64,000 nucleotides of DNA, from assembly GCA_964581505.1 (NCBI GenBank), contig CAZOOR010000006.1, forward strand, positions 8,781 to 72,780, written 5' to 3'. A program made the translations under genes and the position numbers. Within the stretch, counting starts at the first letter, position 1. Each line of letters opens with the position of its first letter. This document shows positions 10,287 to 19,509 of the stretch, one piece after another. The notes under the pieces were generated by a model. The model was not told the origin of the DNA, searched no databases, and saw nothing but the letters and a program-made list of their open reading frames with translations. The stretch is from an uncultured Hyphomicrobiales bacterium. GTDB taxonomy: Bacteria > Bacteroidota > Ignavibacteria > Kapaibacteriales > UBA2268.

Positions 10287-11171
10287 ATGATTATGAAAAG
10301 AAGAGAGTTTATCATAGGAATATCATCGCTTGCACTTGCTCTGCCGTTTGCAGCAAGGGCAGGTTCTCGCTTTCCTACTATGTCAAATAATTCCACTTTT
10401 ACTAAAATAATTGAAAAGGCAGTGGCAAAGCAGTGGAGTGATTTGCCGCTTAGTACGGTTATCGGCAATGTTGCAAGCGAACTGCTTGGGAAATCCTACA
10501 AGGGCGGCACTCTTGATATTTATTCAAAGGAAAAATGTATTATCAATTTAGATGAACTTGATTGTGTTACATTCTTTGAAAACTCTTTGGCTCTTGCACG
10601 GCTCATCAAGCAAGAAAAATATTCCTATAATGCACTTATTGAGCAAATTACATTATTGCGTTATCGTAAAGGTATTATTAACGACTATACTTCACGTCTG
10701 CATTACACAGCCGATTGGATTTATGACAATGTAAGGAAAGGAACTATTGCAGATATTTCAAAGCAAATTGGGGGCAAAACAATTAAATTCAATGTCTCTT
10801 TTATGTCCAAGCACCCACAATACTACAAACAGCTGAAGAATAATCCTGCATTTGTGAAAAGTATCAAATCATTCGAGACTGCAATTAATAAAAGAATTTA
10901 CTATTATATTCCTAAATTGCAAGTAAGCAAAATAGAATCAAAATTGCAGACAGGCGATATTATAGCAATAGTCAATACAAATAAAGGCTTAGATTATTCG
11001 CACACCGGATTGATATATCGCAAAGCAGGCAAAGCACATTTTATGCACGCTTCATCAATAAAGAAGAAAGTAATTATTGATAAAACCATTTCTCAATATT
11101 TAGCACATTCTAAGAAATCCAATAAAGGAATAAGCGTTTTACGTCCTTTGGAGCCGGAGAATGCCGAATAG
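10287..11171 (+). CDS. Tat-signal secreted NlpC/P60-like amidase-family protein (DUF1460-like), putative muropeptide amidase
   Basis: MIMKRREFIIGISSLALALPFAARA twin-arginine-like signal; candidate Cys (ELDCVTFFEN) and His (YSHTGLIY, HFMHASS) residues; sits directly upstream of an AmpG-like MFS gene. ORF track start 10227; internal Met chosen. Confidence 0.35.
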   Translation: MIMKRREFIIGISSLALALPFAARAGSRFPTMSNNSTFTKIIEKAVAKQWSDLPLSTVIGNVASELLGKSYKGGTLDIYSKEKCIINLDELDCVTFFENSLALARLIKQEKYSYNALIEQITLLRYRKGIINDYTSRLHYTADWIYDNVRKGTIADISKQIGGKTIKFNVSFMSKHPQYYKQLKNNPAFVKSIKSFETAINKRIYYYIPKLQVSKIESKLQTGDIIAIVNTNKGLDYSHTGLIYRKAGKAHFMHASSIKKKVIIDKTISQYLAHSKKSNKGISVLRPLEPENAE

Positions 11172-12591
11172 CAAAATGTACACTTCTCGGAACCAATCAA
11201 CATTTACAATAGTTCGTACATTGCCGTCAAAGTTTTGGTTATTGAACATTTTACAGATGTTGGAAAAACTTGCTTATTGGTCGGTGCTATTGCAAATGTC
11301 CGTATATATTGCACAGAAAGATGTAGCCGGCGGTCTCGCTTGGGAGCAATCGCTCAAAGGTATAATATTTTTTATTTGGGCAATGCTTCAAAATCTAACA
11401 CCATTCTTTTTAGGTGGCATACCTGACAAATTCGGCAGGAAAAGAATATTATTACTCTCACTTTTCCTTATTATTCTTTCATATATTGTACTTGCAACAC
11501 AGACGGCATTTGTTCCGTTTCTTGCAGGAATCCTTTTACTTGGTTTTGCTTCCGGCTTGTTCAAACCTGCATTGCAGGGCGCTCTGGCGGCTACACTGAA
11601 CGGGAAAAATACCTCTATCGCTTGGGGAATATATTTTATGTTGCTCAATCTTGCGCTGATAGCCGCACCGCCATTGTCCAAATACCTGAAGGAATTATCT
11701 TGGGCGGCAGTATTTTGGGGTTCTGCTCTTATTATACTAATTAATTATTTTATAGCTTTCTTTTGGAAAACGGACAACATTTCCGTAAAAAATGTGGATT
11801 TGTTTAGTCCTGTCAGAACTGCTATGAAATCATTTGCACGCCCCCAAGTTTATATGTTTATTTTGTCTATGTCCGGCTTTGCAATAATATATATGCAGTT
11901 CTACGAAACATTTCAAAATTTTATTATTGATTGGTCGAATACATCATCAATCGCCAAATCACTGCCGCAGTTTATGACAAGTGAAACACAAAGAGGAATA
12001 ATGATTTCATACGAGTGGCTATATTTTATTAATTCAATACTTATTACATTTTTCATTGTATATATTTCGAAACTTACAGGCAAAATACCAAAAATAAAAG
12101 CAATAATTCTTGGGGTACTACTCTCTACGGCAGGCATAGCGCTTGCAGGAACTACGATTAGCGGTAGTTTCCTTATTTTCGGTTTTGTTGTATATACATT
12201 CGGAGAGATGATAACAAACCCAAAATTTACCGATTATCTCTCATCAATTGCAGGAGCTAATGAAAAATCAATGTATCTCGGTTATCTCAATCTTTCAATG
12301 GCAATAGGTCTTGGTTCGGGGGCTTTACTCGGTGGTTTTCTATATGGGCATTTTGCAGAAAAATCAGCATTAGCTATGCGATATTTGTCGGAGCATGGCA
12401 TTAGCATCGCCGGAGTTAATGCCGGCAAAGCATTATTATACCTATCCAAGCAACTACACATTACCGAGCAACAAGCAACAGAGTTACTTTGGAACAGCTA
12501 CCACCCTTGGATTATGTGGATACCATTTTTAGCAATTTCAATATTCTCCGTAATTTGCTTATACCTATATTCAAAGAAATTTAAATCATAA
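11161..12591 (+). CDS. MFS transporter, AmpG-like (putative muropeptide permease)
   Basis: 12-14 predicted TM helices; MFS motif A GGIPDKFGRKR between TM2 and TM3; overlaps the upstream amidase-like gene. Confidence 0.5.
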   Translation: MPNSKMYTSRNQSTFTIVRTLPSKFWLLNILQMLEKLAYWSVLLQMSVYIAQKDVAGGLAWEQSLKGIIFFIWAMLQNLTPFFLGGIPDKFGRKRILLLSLFLIILSYIVLATQTAFVPFLAGILLLGFASGLFKPALQGALAATLNGKNTSIAWGIYFMLLNLALIAAPPLSKYLKELSWAAVFWGSALIILINYFIAFFWKTDNISVKNVDLFSPVRTAMKSFARPQVYMFILSMSGFAIIYMQFYETFQNFIIDWSNTSSIAKSLPQFMTSETQRGIMISYEWLYFINSILITFFIVYISKLTGKIPKIKAIILGVLLSTAGIALAGTTISGSFLIFGFVVYTFGEMITNPKFTDYLSSIAGANEKSMYLGYLNLSMAIGLGSGALLGGFLYGHFAEKSALAMRYLSEHGISIAGVNAGKALLYLSKQLHITEQQATELLWNSYHPWIMWIPFLAISIFSVICLYLYSKKFKS

Positions 12592-12673
12592 TTATTGGAT
12601 ATATGCTAATCTGTCGAGCTCATATTTCTATAATCTTGATAGACAAATTGCAGGTTTTGACAAGCAGATGTCG

Positions 12674-13768
12674 TTATTTTATTTTTTTGAATAAATCAAT
12701 AATATTCCCATCTAAATCATAGACGGTGAACGTTAATGTATTTCCGTTTAGTTCACAAATAGCATAGTGATGTTTGCGTGATGATTTTTTTGTATATTTC
12801 TTCTTTTTCGGCGAATAAAGCGGGGCGCCACCACCGGCTACCGTCAAATGTTCCACTCCGTCAACGAAATTCCTTTGATAGAAATGCGAATGCCCCGAAA
12901 TCGCAAGTGTTACATTATATTTTTTGAATAATTTGCGTGCAACATTCTTCATTGGTAGATACTCACCATGACCACCGGCAACATAAGCCGATTTGTGGAA
13001 TAAAACTATTTTCCAAGTTTTTTCCGAATTTTTTAGGACTTTTTCCAGAAATTTATACTGTTGCGAACCCTTGTTAATTTTCATTTCATTATTGAGTACT
13101 ACAAAAAGGGCATTTCCGATTTCAAAACTAAAATATTCCTGTTTCTCCGATGGGGAAGCAGGAGCCTGAATAAATGCTTTTGTATTAATATCCCAACCCT
13201 CGTGATTACCGGTAGCATTATAAAATGCAGTGGACTTTGCAAATCTCAATAATGCCGGAACAAAAAATTCTTTTTTCCAAGCAGAGTACGCGGGAGTATT
13301 CGCTATGTCGCCCGTAAGCAATAAAATATCCGTTTTTTTTGAGGAAAGCGAATCAAGCACTCTTGCCCATAAATCAGGATTAGAACGACAATCTCCTGCA
13401 ATGCCGATTTTCAAATGTCCGTCATCAAGCGGTGTGGTAAACGTTTCGAGCTGTGTGTCAATACCGTCCTGTAATACACGATAATAATACTTTGTTCCGG
13501 GTTTTAGATTATCAAGTTCAATCCTATGAACATAGGTAGGTGTCTTCGATGTCGTTTTAAGAAAATAATTCGTATTGTGATAAAGACTTGTGTTTTCATC
13601 ATCACCGTATAGTACACGTACTTCACTTTTTGAATCTGATTCAACAAGCAAATAGACACTAGTTGGTGTCAATGCCTGTAAGTATGGTTTCAGAATAATT
13701 TCCGCTTTCATTGGCAAAATGAAAACAAATACAGATATGACAATAATTAATAATTTCTTTAGATTCAT
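12674..13768 (-). CDS. Calcineurin-like metallophosphoesterase (purple acid phosphatase-like)
   Basis: GDCRSN / LLTGDIAN / GNHE / GHSH metallophosphoesterase motifs after an N-terminal beta-sandwich; signal peptide. Confidence 0.6.
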   Translation of the reverse strand: MNLKKLLIIVISVFVFILPMKAEIILKPYLQALTPTSVYLLVESDSKSEVRVLYGDDENTSLYHNTNYFLKTTSKTPTYVHRIELDNLKPGTKYYYRVLQDGIDTQLETFTTPLDDGHLKIGIAGDCRSNPDLWARVLDSLSSKKTDILLLTGDIANTPAYSAWKKEFFVPALLRFAKSTAFYNATGNHEGWDINTKAFIQAPASPSEKQEYFSFEIGNALFVVLNNEMKINKGSQQYKFLEKVLKNSEKTWKIVLFHKSAYVAGGHGEYLPMKNVARKLFKKYNVTLAISGHSHFYQRNFVDGVEHLTVAGGGAPLYSPKKKKYTKKSSRKHHYAICELNGNTLTFTVYDLDGNIIDLFKKIK

Positions 13769-13774
13769 AATTTC

Positions 13775-15619
13775 CTATTCTCCTTCAATTGTAACTAAAG
13801 CCTCGTCGGCAATATAATCCTTTGTTTTAATAGTCCTCACCCATTTTCTGACAGAACTTATTATTATTACGAATACACTTGATAAAATTGCAACGGTCAG
13901 AATTAAATTCAACAATCCGGGAACAAATTTACCAGCAATGCTCAACATCGGTATATACATTAAAAAGATATTTGAAAAACCGGCATAAATTGTAATAGAA
14001 CCCACAAACACAAGCGGTACTATTGTTACCCAGGCATATTTGAACTTGCCCCGATTAATAATAAACGTAGTTCCTACCGTTAGGGCAATGGTAGCCAAGA
14101 GTTGATTGGCAACACCAAACATAGGCCAAATAGTAGCCACACTTCCTGAATAAATAAAATACGCCCAGATAAATACAACGAATGCACTTGTGATAATTGT
14201 TCCCGGCACCCAATTAGTCTCACCGAGTTTTGAATGGAATTTGCCAAGGACTTCCTGCAAAATAAAGCGTGCTATTCGTGTGCCGGCATCAATCACCGTA
14301 AGAATAAACAAAGCCTCGAACATAATAGCAAAATGATACCAATATGACATTAATCCCGAAAGCCCGGGAATTGATGAAAATATTTGTGCCATACCGACAG
14401 CCAAAGAGACTGCGCCACCCGTTCTGCCGGCAAGTTGCTCACCTACCTCTCTACTTAGCATCTCGAAGTTTGTCTGAGTAAATCCCATAGCTTTCAATTG
14501 CGGAATAAGTTCGGTGAACTTATCAACAGGTACATTAATTTGGAAATAATCAAGCGGGAACATTGAAGTTGCCGCAATCAAAGCAAGAATACTGACCAAA
14601 CCCTCGACCAACATAGCTCCGAAACCTACAAATTTAATATGAGATTCCTTGTCAAGCATCTTTGGCGATGTACCGGAACTGACTACCGAGTGCCAGCCCG
14701 AAATAGCCCCACATGCTATTGTTATAAACAAATACGGGAAAAGCGGTCCTTTGATTATCGGTCCTCCGCCGTGAATAAAATCCGTGAAAGCCGGCATATG
14801 CAAATCCGGTGCAACTACAATCACCCCTATTGCCAATAAAAAAATCACCCCGATTTTCATAATCGAACTTAAATAATCACGTGGCGACAACAATATCCAA
14901 ACGGGTAATACAGATGCAAAGAAACCGTAAACAGCAAGAGCAATTGTTAATGTTTCCCTTGATAACAGGAAATATGGTTCTAGAAATGAACCCGGTACAT
15001 CTTTGCCGAAAATTACTGCGAGCGTAAGCATAATTACACCCATAACGGTTGCTTCAACCGTTTTTCCCGGACGGAACTTGAACATCCACCAACCCATAAA
15101 GAAAGCAATCGGTATAGTGCAAAAAATAGTAAATGCCCCCCAAGAACTCTCGGCAAGTGCATTAACTACAACAATACCGAGACCTGCCAAAGCAACCACC
15201 ATAATAATAAATATGGCAATTGATGCAGTATAGCCGGCTGTCTTGCCTATTTCCTTTGAAGCAATTTCTGCTAAAGACTTACCTTCGTGTCTGATTGAGG
15301 CTACAAAAATCACATAATCATGAACGGCGCCTGCCATTACCGAACCCAGCACCATCCACACAAATCCGGGGAAATAGCCGAACTGTGCCGCTAATACAGG
15401 TCCCACAAGTGGTCCGGCTCCGGCAATAGCCGCAAAATGATGACCGAACAATACCCATTTATTCATTGGATAATAATTGTGCCTGTCATAAAATTTATGT
15501 GCGGGGGTCTGGATTAAATCGTTGAGTACGACAACTTTTGTAGCAATAAAAGCGTAATAATATCTGTAAGCCAAAGCAAATATGGCAACAGCAATAATAA
15601 GAAGAGGCATTGCATTCAT
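13775..15619 (-). CDS. cstA: Carbon starvation protein CstA (peptide/pyruvate transporter family)
   Basis: Polytopic membrane protein with a CstA N-terminal signature ([43 protein letters not shown]). Confidence 0.85.
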   Translation of the reverse strand: MNAMPLLIIAVAIFALAYRYYYAFIATKVVVLNDLIQTPAHKFYDRHNYYPMNKWVLFGHHFAAIAGAGPLVGPVLAAQFGYFPGFVWMVLGSVMAGAVHDYVIFVASIRHEGKSLAEIASKEIGKTAGYTASIAIFIIMVVALAGLGIVVVNALAESSWGAFTIFCTIPIAFFMGWWMFKFRPGKTVEATVMGVIMLTLAVIFGKDVPGSFLEPYFLLSRETLTIALAVYGFFASVLPVWILLSPRDYLSSIMKIGVIFLLAIGVIVVAPDLHMPAFTDFIHGGGPIIKGPLFPYLFITIACGAISGWHSVVSSGTSPKMLDKESHIKFVGFGAMLVEGLVSILALIAATSMFPLDYFQINVPVDKFTELIPQLKAMGFTQTNFEMLSREVGEQLAGRTGGAVSLAVGMAQIFSSIPGLSGLMSYWYHFAIMFEALFILTVIDAGTRIARFILQEVLGKFHSKLGETNWVPGTIITSAFVVFIWAYFIYSGSVATIWPMFGVANQLLATIALTVGTTFIINRGKFKYAWVTIVPLVFVGSITIYAGFSNIFLMYIPMLSIAGKFVPGLLNLILTVAILSSVFVIIISSVRKWVRTIKTKDYIADEALVTIEGE

Positions 15620-15745
15620 CTTTAACTCCTCAAAGCAAATTCCTAAATATTACCTTAAACAAACTTTTTTATAAAATAATTTGCAAACTCACACATTACA
15701 TTGTAAATTTAAGTTTACATTAAATAACAAATTAAGGAAAAAATA

Positions 15746-17401
15746 ATGAAAAATTTAAGACTGATTGCAATTTTTTTATTTGCATTCGCATTATTTTCTT
15801 GCAATAAGAAAGAAACAAGCCCACAAAACAAAACTGAAACGGAAAAATCTATGCTAAATGAACGATTAGAAGCTTTTTCGCCGGTTACTATTACGACCGA
15901 TATTTCTTGGCTGACTGACAACCAAAAGAAAGTTGTTGAGTTATTATCAAAAGCCGGTAAAATTGCAGATGAATTATTTTGGAGACAAAATACTTATGAC
16001 GGAATCGCTTTGCGTGATTCGCTTGCTAAAATTGATGCACCCGAAGCAAATGAATTGCTTAGATATATAAAAATTTGGTACGGACCTTATGACGCAATGT
16101 TCGGCGAAAAAAGATTTGTCGGTAATGGTCCTGATGTAAGACCTGCACAAGGCAATCTATATCCCCAAGATTTAACAAAAGAAGAATTTGAGGAATATAT
16201 CAAAAATAATCCCGATGAAAAAAAAGATTTAGAATCACAATATACAGTAGTTGTCCGTGATGGTGATAAATTAAAAACAATTCCATATCACGAAGCATAC
16301 CCCGAAATGCTACAAATGGCTGACTTGCTGGACGAAGCCGCTAAGTATGCCGACAATCCGACTTTGAAAAATTATTTAACATTACGCGCCAAAGCTTTTA
16401 GAACCGATGAATATTACGAGAGCGATATGGCTTGGATGGATATTAAAGATAATGACATTGATGTTGTTATTGGTCCAATTGAAAACTATACCGATGCTAT
16501 GTTCAACTATAAAACTGCATTCGAAGGTGTGGTAATGATTAAGGACAAAGAAGCATCAAAACTGCTGGATATGTACAAAGATAATATTGATTATTTCGAG
16601 CATCACTTACCCTATGATAAGAAGTATATCCGTAAGTCCGCCGGTGGCGGTAATATCTTGCAGGTCGTCAATGTGTATTATTTCGGTGGCGATTGCAATG
16701 GTGGTACTAAAACAATTGCCGCATCTCTGCCGAATGACCCGCGCGTTCACGCAACAAAAGGTGGAAAGAAATCTATGTATAAAAATATTATGGAAGCCAA
16801 ATTTGACAAGATTGTTATGCCAATTGCCAAAGCAGTTATGGCTGAGGATTTAATTCCATATTGCTCCAAGAATTCATTTACAAGTTTCGTTACTCTGCAC
16901 GAGGTAAGCCATACACTCGGCAGGGGCTATGTTTACGGTAAAAAAGACTTAGCTGTACGCAAAGCATTCAAGGAAAGATTTTCGGCAATAGAAGAATTAA
17001 AAGCGGACATTCTCGGTATGTACAATCACAAGCATTTGCTCGAAAAAGGATTGATTGACGAAGAGGAAATGAAGAGAACTATTGCTACGTATATTCCCGG
17101 GCTTTATCGTTCGATTAGATTCGGTGCCGAAGAAGCACACGGCAAGGCTAATGTAATTCAATTGAACTTCCTAATGGAAAAGGGAGCAATTATATTAGAC
17201 GATAATGGCAAACTCACCTATAATCCTGATATTTTTATGGACAAAGTGGCTGAATTAGCCGGAATGGTTCTGACTATGCAGGCAGAAGGCAATTATGAAG
17301 CCGGTGGCGAACTTTTGGAAAAATACGGACAGGTGAGTGATATTACTAAGAAAATCATCGAATCACTTTCTAATATTCCTCGCGATTTGGATAATCAATA
17401 A
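15746..17401 (+). CDS. Lipoprotein, dipeptidyl-peptidase III-like zinc hydrolase (M49-like with pentapeptide HEXXH motif)
   Basis: Lipobox LFSC; HEVSH zinc motif plus downstream EELKAD second motif, the same arrangement reported for the unusual HEXXH-type DPP III of Calditrichota; about 550 aa. Confidence 0.5.
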   Translation: MKNLRLIAIFLFAFALFSCNKKETSPQNKTETEKSMLNERLEAFSPVTITTDISWLTDNQKKVVELLSKAGKIADELFWRQNTYDGIALRDSLAKIDAPEANELLRYIKIWYGPYDAMFGEKRFVGNGPDVRPAQGNLYPQDLTKEEFEEYIKNNPDEKKDLESQYTVVVRDGDKLKTIPYHEAYPEMLQMADLLDEAAKYADNPTLKNYLTLRAKAFRTDEYYESDMAWMDIKDNDIDVVIGPIENYTDAMFNYKTAFEGVVMIKDKEASKLLDMYKDNIDYFEHHLPYDKKYIRKSAGGGNILQVVNVYYFGGDCNGGTKTIAASLPNDPRVHATKGGKKSMYKNIMEAKFDKIVMPIAKAVMAEDLIPYCSKNSFTSFVTLHEVSHTLGRGYVYGKKDLAVRKAFKERFSAIEELKADILGMYNHKHLLEKGLIDEEEMKRTIATYIPGLYRSIRFGAEEAHGKANVIQLNFLMEKGAIILDDNGKLTYNPDIFMDKVAELAGMVLTMQAEGNYEAGGELLEKYGQVSDITKKIIESLSNIPRDLDNQ

Positions 17402-17472
17402 TTTCACTATGTAATTCGTTTAGATAGTACTGATGTTAAAGCTAAATAATTGAATAAAACAAAGGAAAGAAG

Positions 17473-18546
17473 ATGAGCGATATTAAAATACGCAAGATAG
17501 ATAAAACAAAAATTAACGATATTGATTGGAGTAATCTCGGTTTCGGAAAATACTTTTCCGACTATATGTTCATTGCCAATTTTAAAAACGGAACTTGGGA
17601 CAATGGTGAAATTATGCCTTATGCTCCTCTTGAAATTGAACCCGGAATGTGTACACTGCACTATGGTCAAACAATATTCGAGGGATTGAAGGCATATCGT
17701 GATATTAATGGCGGTGCTAATTTATTCAGACCCGATATGAATGCGAAGCGTCTGAACAGGTCGGCTAAACAATTATGTATTCCCCAATATGACGTTCAGA
17801 AATTGATTGATGCTATGACGGAACTTGTGAAGATTGACAAAAATTGGATACCGAAGGAACGCGGGCATTCATTATATTTGCGTCCCGTTATGTTTGGTTC
17901 CAGTAATTTCTTGGGTGTGCATCCATCAGATGATTATATGTTAATTGTAATGACTTCCCCCGTTGCTTCATATTATCCCGAAGGTTTAAATCCAGTTAAA
18001 ATATTAGTAATGGATAAATTTGTCCGTGCAGTACGCGGAGGATTGGGCAGTGCTAAAACAGCCGCTAACTATGCCGCATCACTCTATGGCGGCAAGGTTG
18101 CCAAGGAACAAGGCTTTTCGCAAGTTCTTTGGCTTGACGGCATCAATCACGAATATATTGATGAGGTCGGCGCAATGAATATTATGTTTGTTATCGATGG
18201 TGAAATTTACACACCTTCACTCGAACAAGGCTCTATACTTGCCGGCGTAACACGCGATTCCGTAATCACACTTGCAAAGGAATGGGGTATTAAAGTCAAT
18301 GAAAGACCCATCAAAATTGCCGAAGTTTTCGAGGCACATCAAGCCGGCAAATTGCAGGAAGCATTTGGAACAGGTACAGCCGCAGTTATTTCACCGGTCG
18401 GTATGTTCAAATATAATGACAATGAAATTGTTGTCAATAATATGGAAATAGGTTCACTTGCTCAGAAGTTCTACGATACAATTACCGGTATTCAATACGG
18501 CGAAATCGAAGACAAGCATGGCTGGAATGTGCATATTGATTTGTAA
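17473..18546 (+). CDS. ilvE: Branched-chain amino acid aminotransferase
   Basis: PLP fold IV signatures (LHYGQTIFEGLKAYR, ...YLRP..., GTGTAAVISPVG). Confidence 0.85.
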   Translation: MSDIKIRKIDKTKINDIDWSNLGFGKYFSDYMFIANFKNGTWDNGEIMPYAPLEIEPGMCTLHYGQTIFEGLKAYRDINGGANLFRPDMNAKRLNRSAKQLCIPQYDVQKLIDAMTELVKIDKNWIPKERGHSLYLRPVMFGSSNFLGVHPSDDYMLIVMTSPVASYYPEGLNPVKILVMDKFVRAVRGGLGSAKTAANYAASLYGGKVAKEQGFSQVLWLDGINHEYIDEVGAMNIMFVIDGEIYTPSLEQGSILAGVTRDSVITLAKEWGIKVNERPIKIAEVFEAHQAGKLQEAFGTGTAAVISPVGMFKYNDNEIVVNNMEIGSLAQKFYDTITGIQYGEIEDKHGWNVHIDL

Positions 18547-18572
18547 TTAATAAAATACAACATCAACTATAC

Positions 18573-18608
18573 CGAGACCGGCATATTTGTCGGTCTCTTT
18601 TTTTTATT
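18573..18608 (+). terminator. Rho-independent terminator after ilvE
   Basis: GAGACCGGCATATTTGTCGGTCTC hairpin followed by T8. Confidence 0.55.
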
Positions 18609-18924
18609 TGCTAACCGGATTTTATTTAAAAAGAACAAGTCCGGTCATTAAAGATAACAACCGGACAAGTTATTGGGGATTTTATATTCTGATACAAACA
18701 TATAATCGAAGATTCATCATTTTTATTTTAATAATATTTATAATTTATAAATATTTCTCTTATGATACTATTCTAATACTTTATGCATTCCAAATAATTC
18801 AAAAATCAAAAAAAATGAACAGGCATTGCAATAAATCAACATTTTAATATTTCCTAGAAATTAAATAAAATAATTGGAAAATACAGGAATTTAGCGTATT
18901 TTTGTAATCCTTTTTATTAGGGGA

Positions 18925-18998
18925 CGGCGTGTAGCGCAGCCCGGTAGCGCACTACTTTGGGGTAGTAGGGGTCGTGGGTTCAAATCCCGCCACGCCGA
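18925..18998 (+). tRNA. tRNA-Pro (anticodon GGG)
   Basis: Hand-folded cloverleaf: acceptor CGGCGTG/CACGCCG with the C1:G72 pair typical of tRNA-Pro, D arm GCGC-AGCCCGGTA-GCGC, anticodon arm CTACT-TTGGGGT-AGTAG, T arm GTGGG-TTCAAAT-CCCGC, discriminator A; 74 nt. Confidence 0.85.
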
Positions 18999-19040
18999 CA
19001 AGATAAGCTAATTATTCCCATATAGTTAGCATTGCTCTTA

Positions 19041-19085
19041 AAAGCATTATTTTGCAGTCATCAGCAAAATAATGCTTTTATTTTC
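19041..19085 (+). terminator. Strong hairpin terminator downstream of tRNA-Pro
   Basis: Perfect 15-bp stem AAAGCATTATTTTGC/GCAAAATAATGCTTT with 8-nt loop, followed by a T-rich run. Confidence 0.55.
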
Positions 19086-19150
19086 TGAATACATCAATAT
19101 CCAATCACCACATGCTTTAAGCAAGTCGGAGAAAATAGTTATAATAAAAT

Positions 19151-19233
19151 AACCGCATCCTTCAGGGTGCGGTTTTGTCTTTCGGCTGTTTCTCCCTCGC
19201 CCATTTGTAGAGGGCTGGGGTGAGAGTGCTGTT
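19151..19233 (+). repeat. Dispersed intergenic repeat, copy A (hairpin AACCGCATCC-TTCA-GGGTGCGGTT + about 50-nt core)
   Basis: Near-identical hairpin and related core (..CTCGCCC.TTTG.AGAGGGCTGGGGTGAG..GCTGTT) recur at 19390, 41494, 61518 (core inverted) and 61722 (inverted). Confidence 0.6.
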
Positions 19234-19389
19234 CCATTTAAAATAATTTTAAAACCGTTTTCTTGTCGCCACATCTCAATTCCATTAAATTGCAAACGAG
19301 TGTTCGCTCACTCCACGTTCTTTGAAAAGTAATAGGTATATGTAGAAGAAATGTAGAAAGTGTAGAAAAGTGTAGAAAAAATTACTACA

Positions 19390-19476
19390 AAACCGCATCC
19401 TTCAGGGTGCGGTTTTGTGTTCTTGCTGTTCGCTCACTCGCTCTTTGGAAAAGGGCTGGGGTGAGTCGGCTGTTTG
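19390..19476 (+). repeat. Dispersed intergenic repeat, copy B
   Basis: Same hairpin (AACCGCATCCTTCAGGGTGCGGTT) followed by CGCTCACTCGCTCTTTGGAAAAGGGCTGGGGTGAGTCGGCTGTT. Confidence 0.6.
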
Positions 19477-19509
19477 GAAATTGCCACGCCGCCGAGCAAG
19501 AACAATAAA

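Noticed and set aside
18587-18847. 86-aa ORF in the AT-rich region upstream of tRNA-Pro
   Set aside because: Extremely AT-rich, low-complexity (Ile/Phe/Tyr/Lys runs). Likelier a promoter-bearing intergenic region; a Bacteroidetes-type TATTTTTG -7 element sits just upstream of the tRNA.
19151-19476. CRISPR array
   Set aside because: Only two copies of the hairpin-containing repeat, about 240 nt apart, with long partly conserved 'spacers', and related copies dispersed and inverted elsewhere. No cas genes in the window. The pattern fits REP/MITE-like repeats, not CRISPR.
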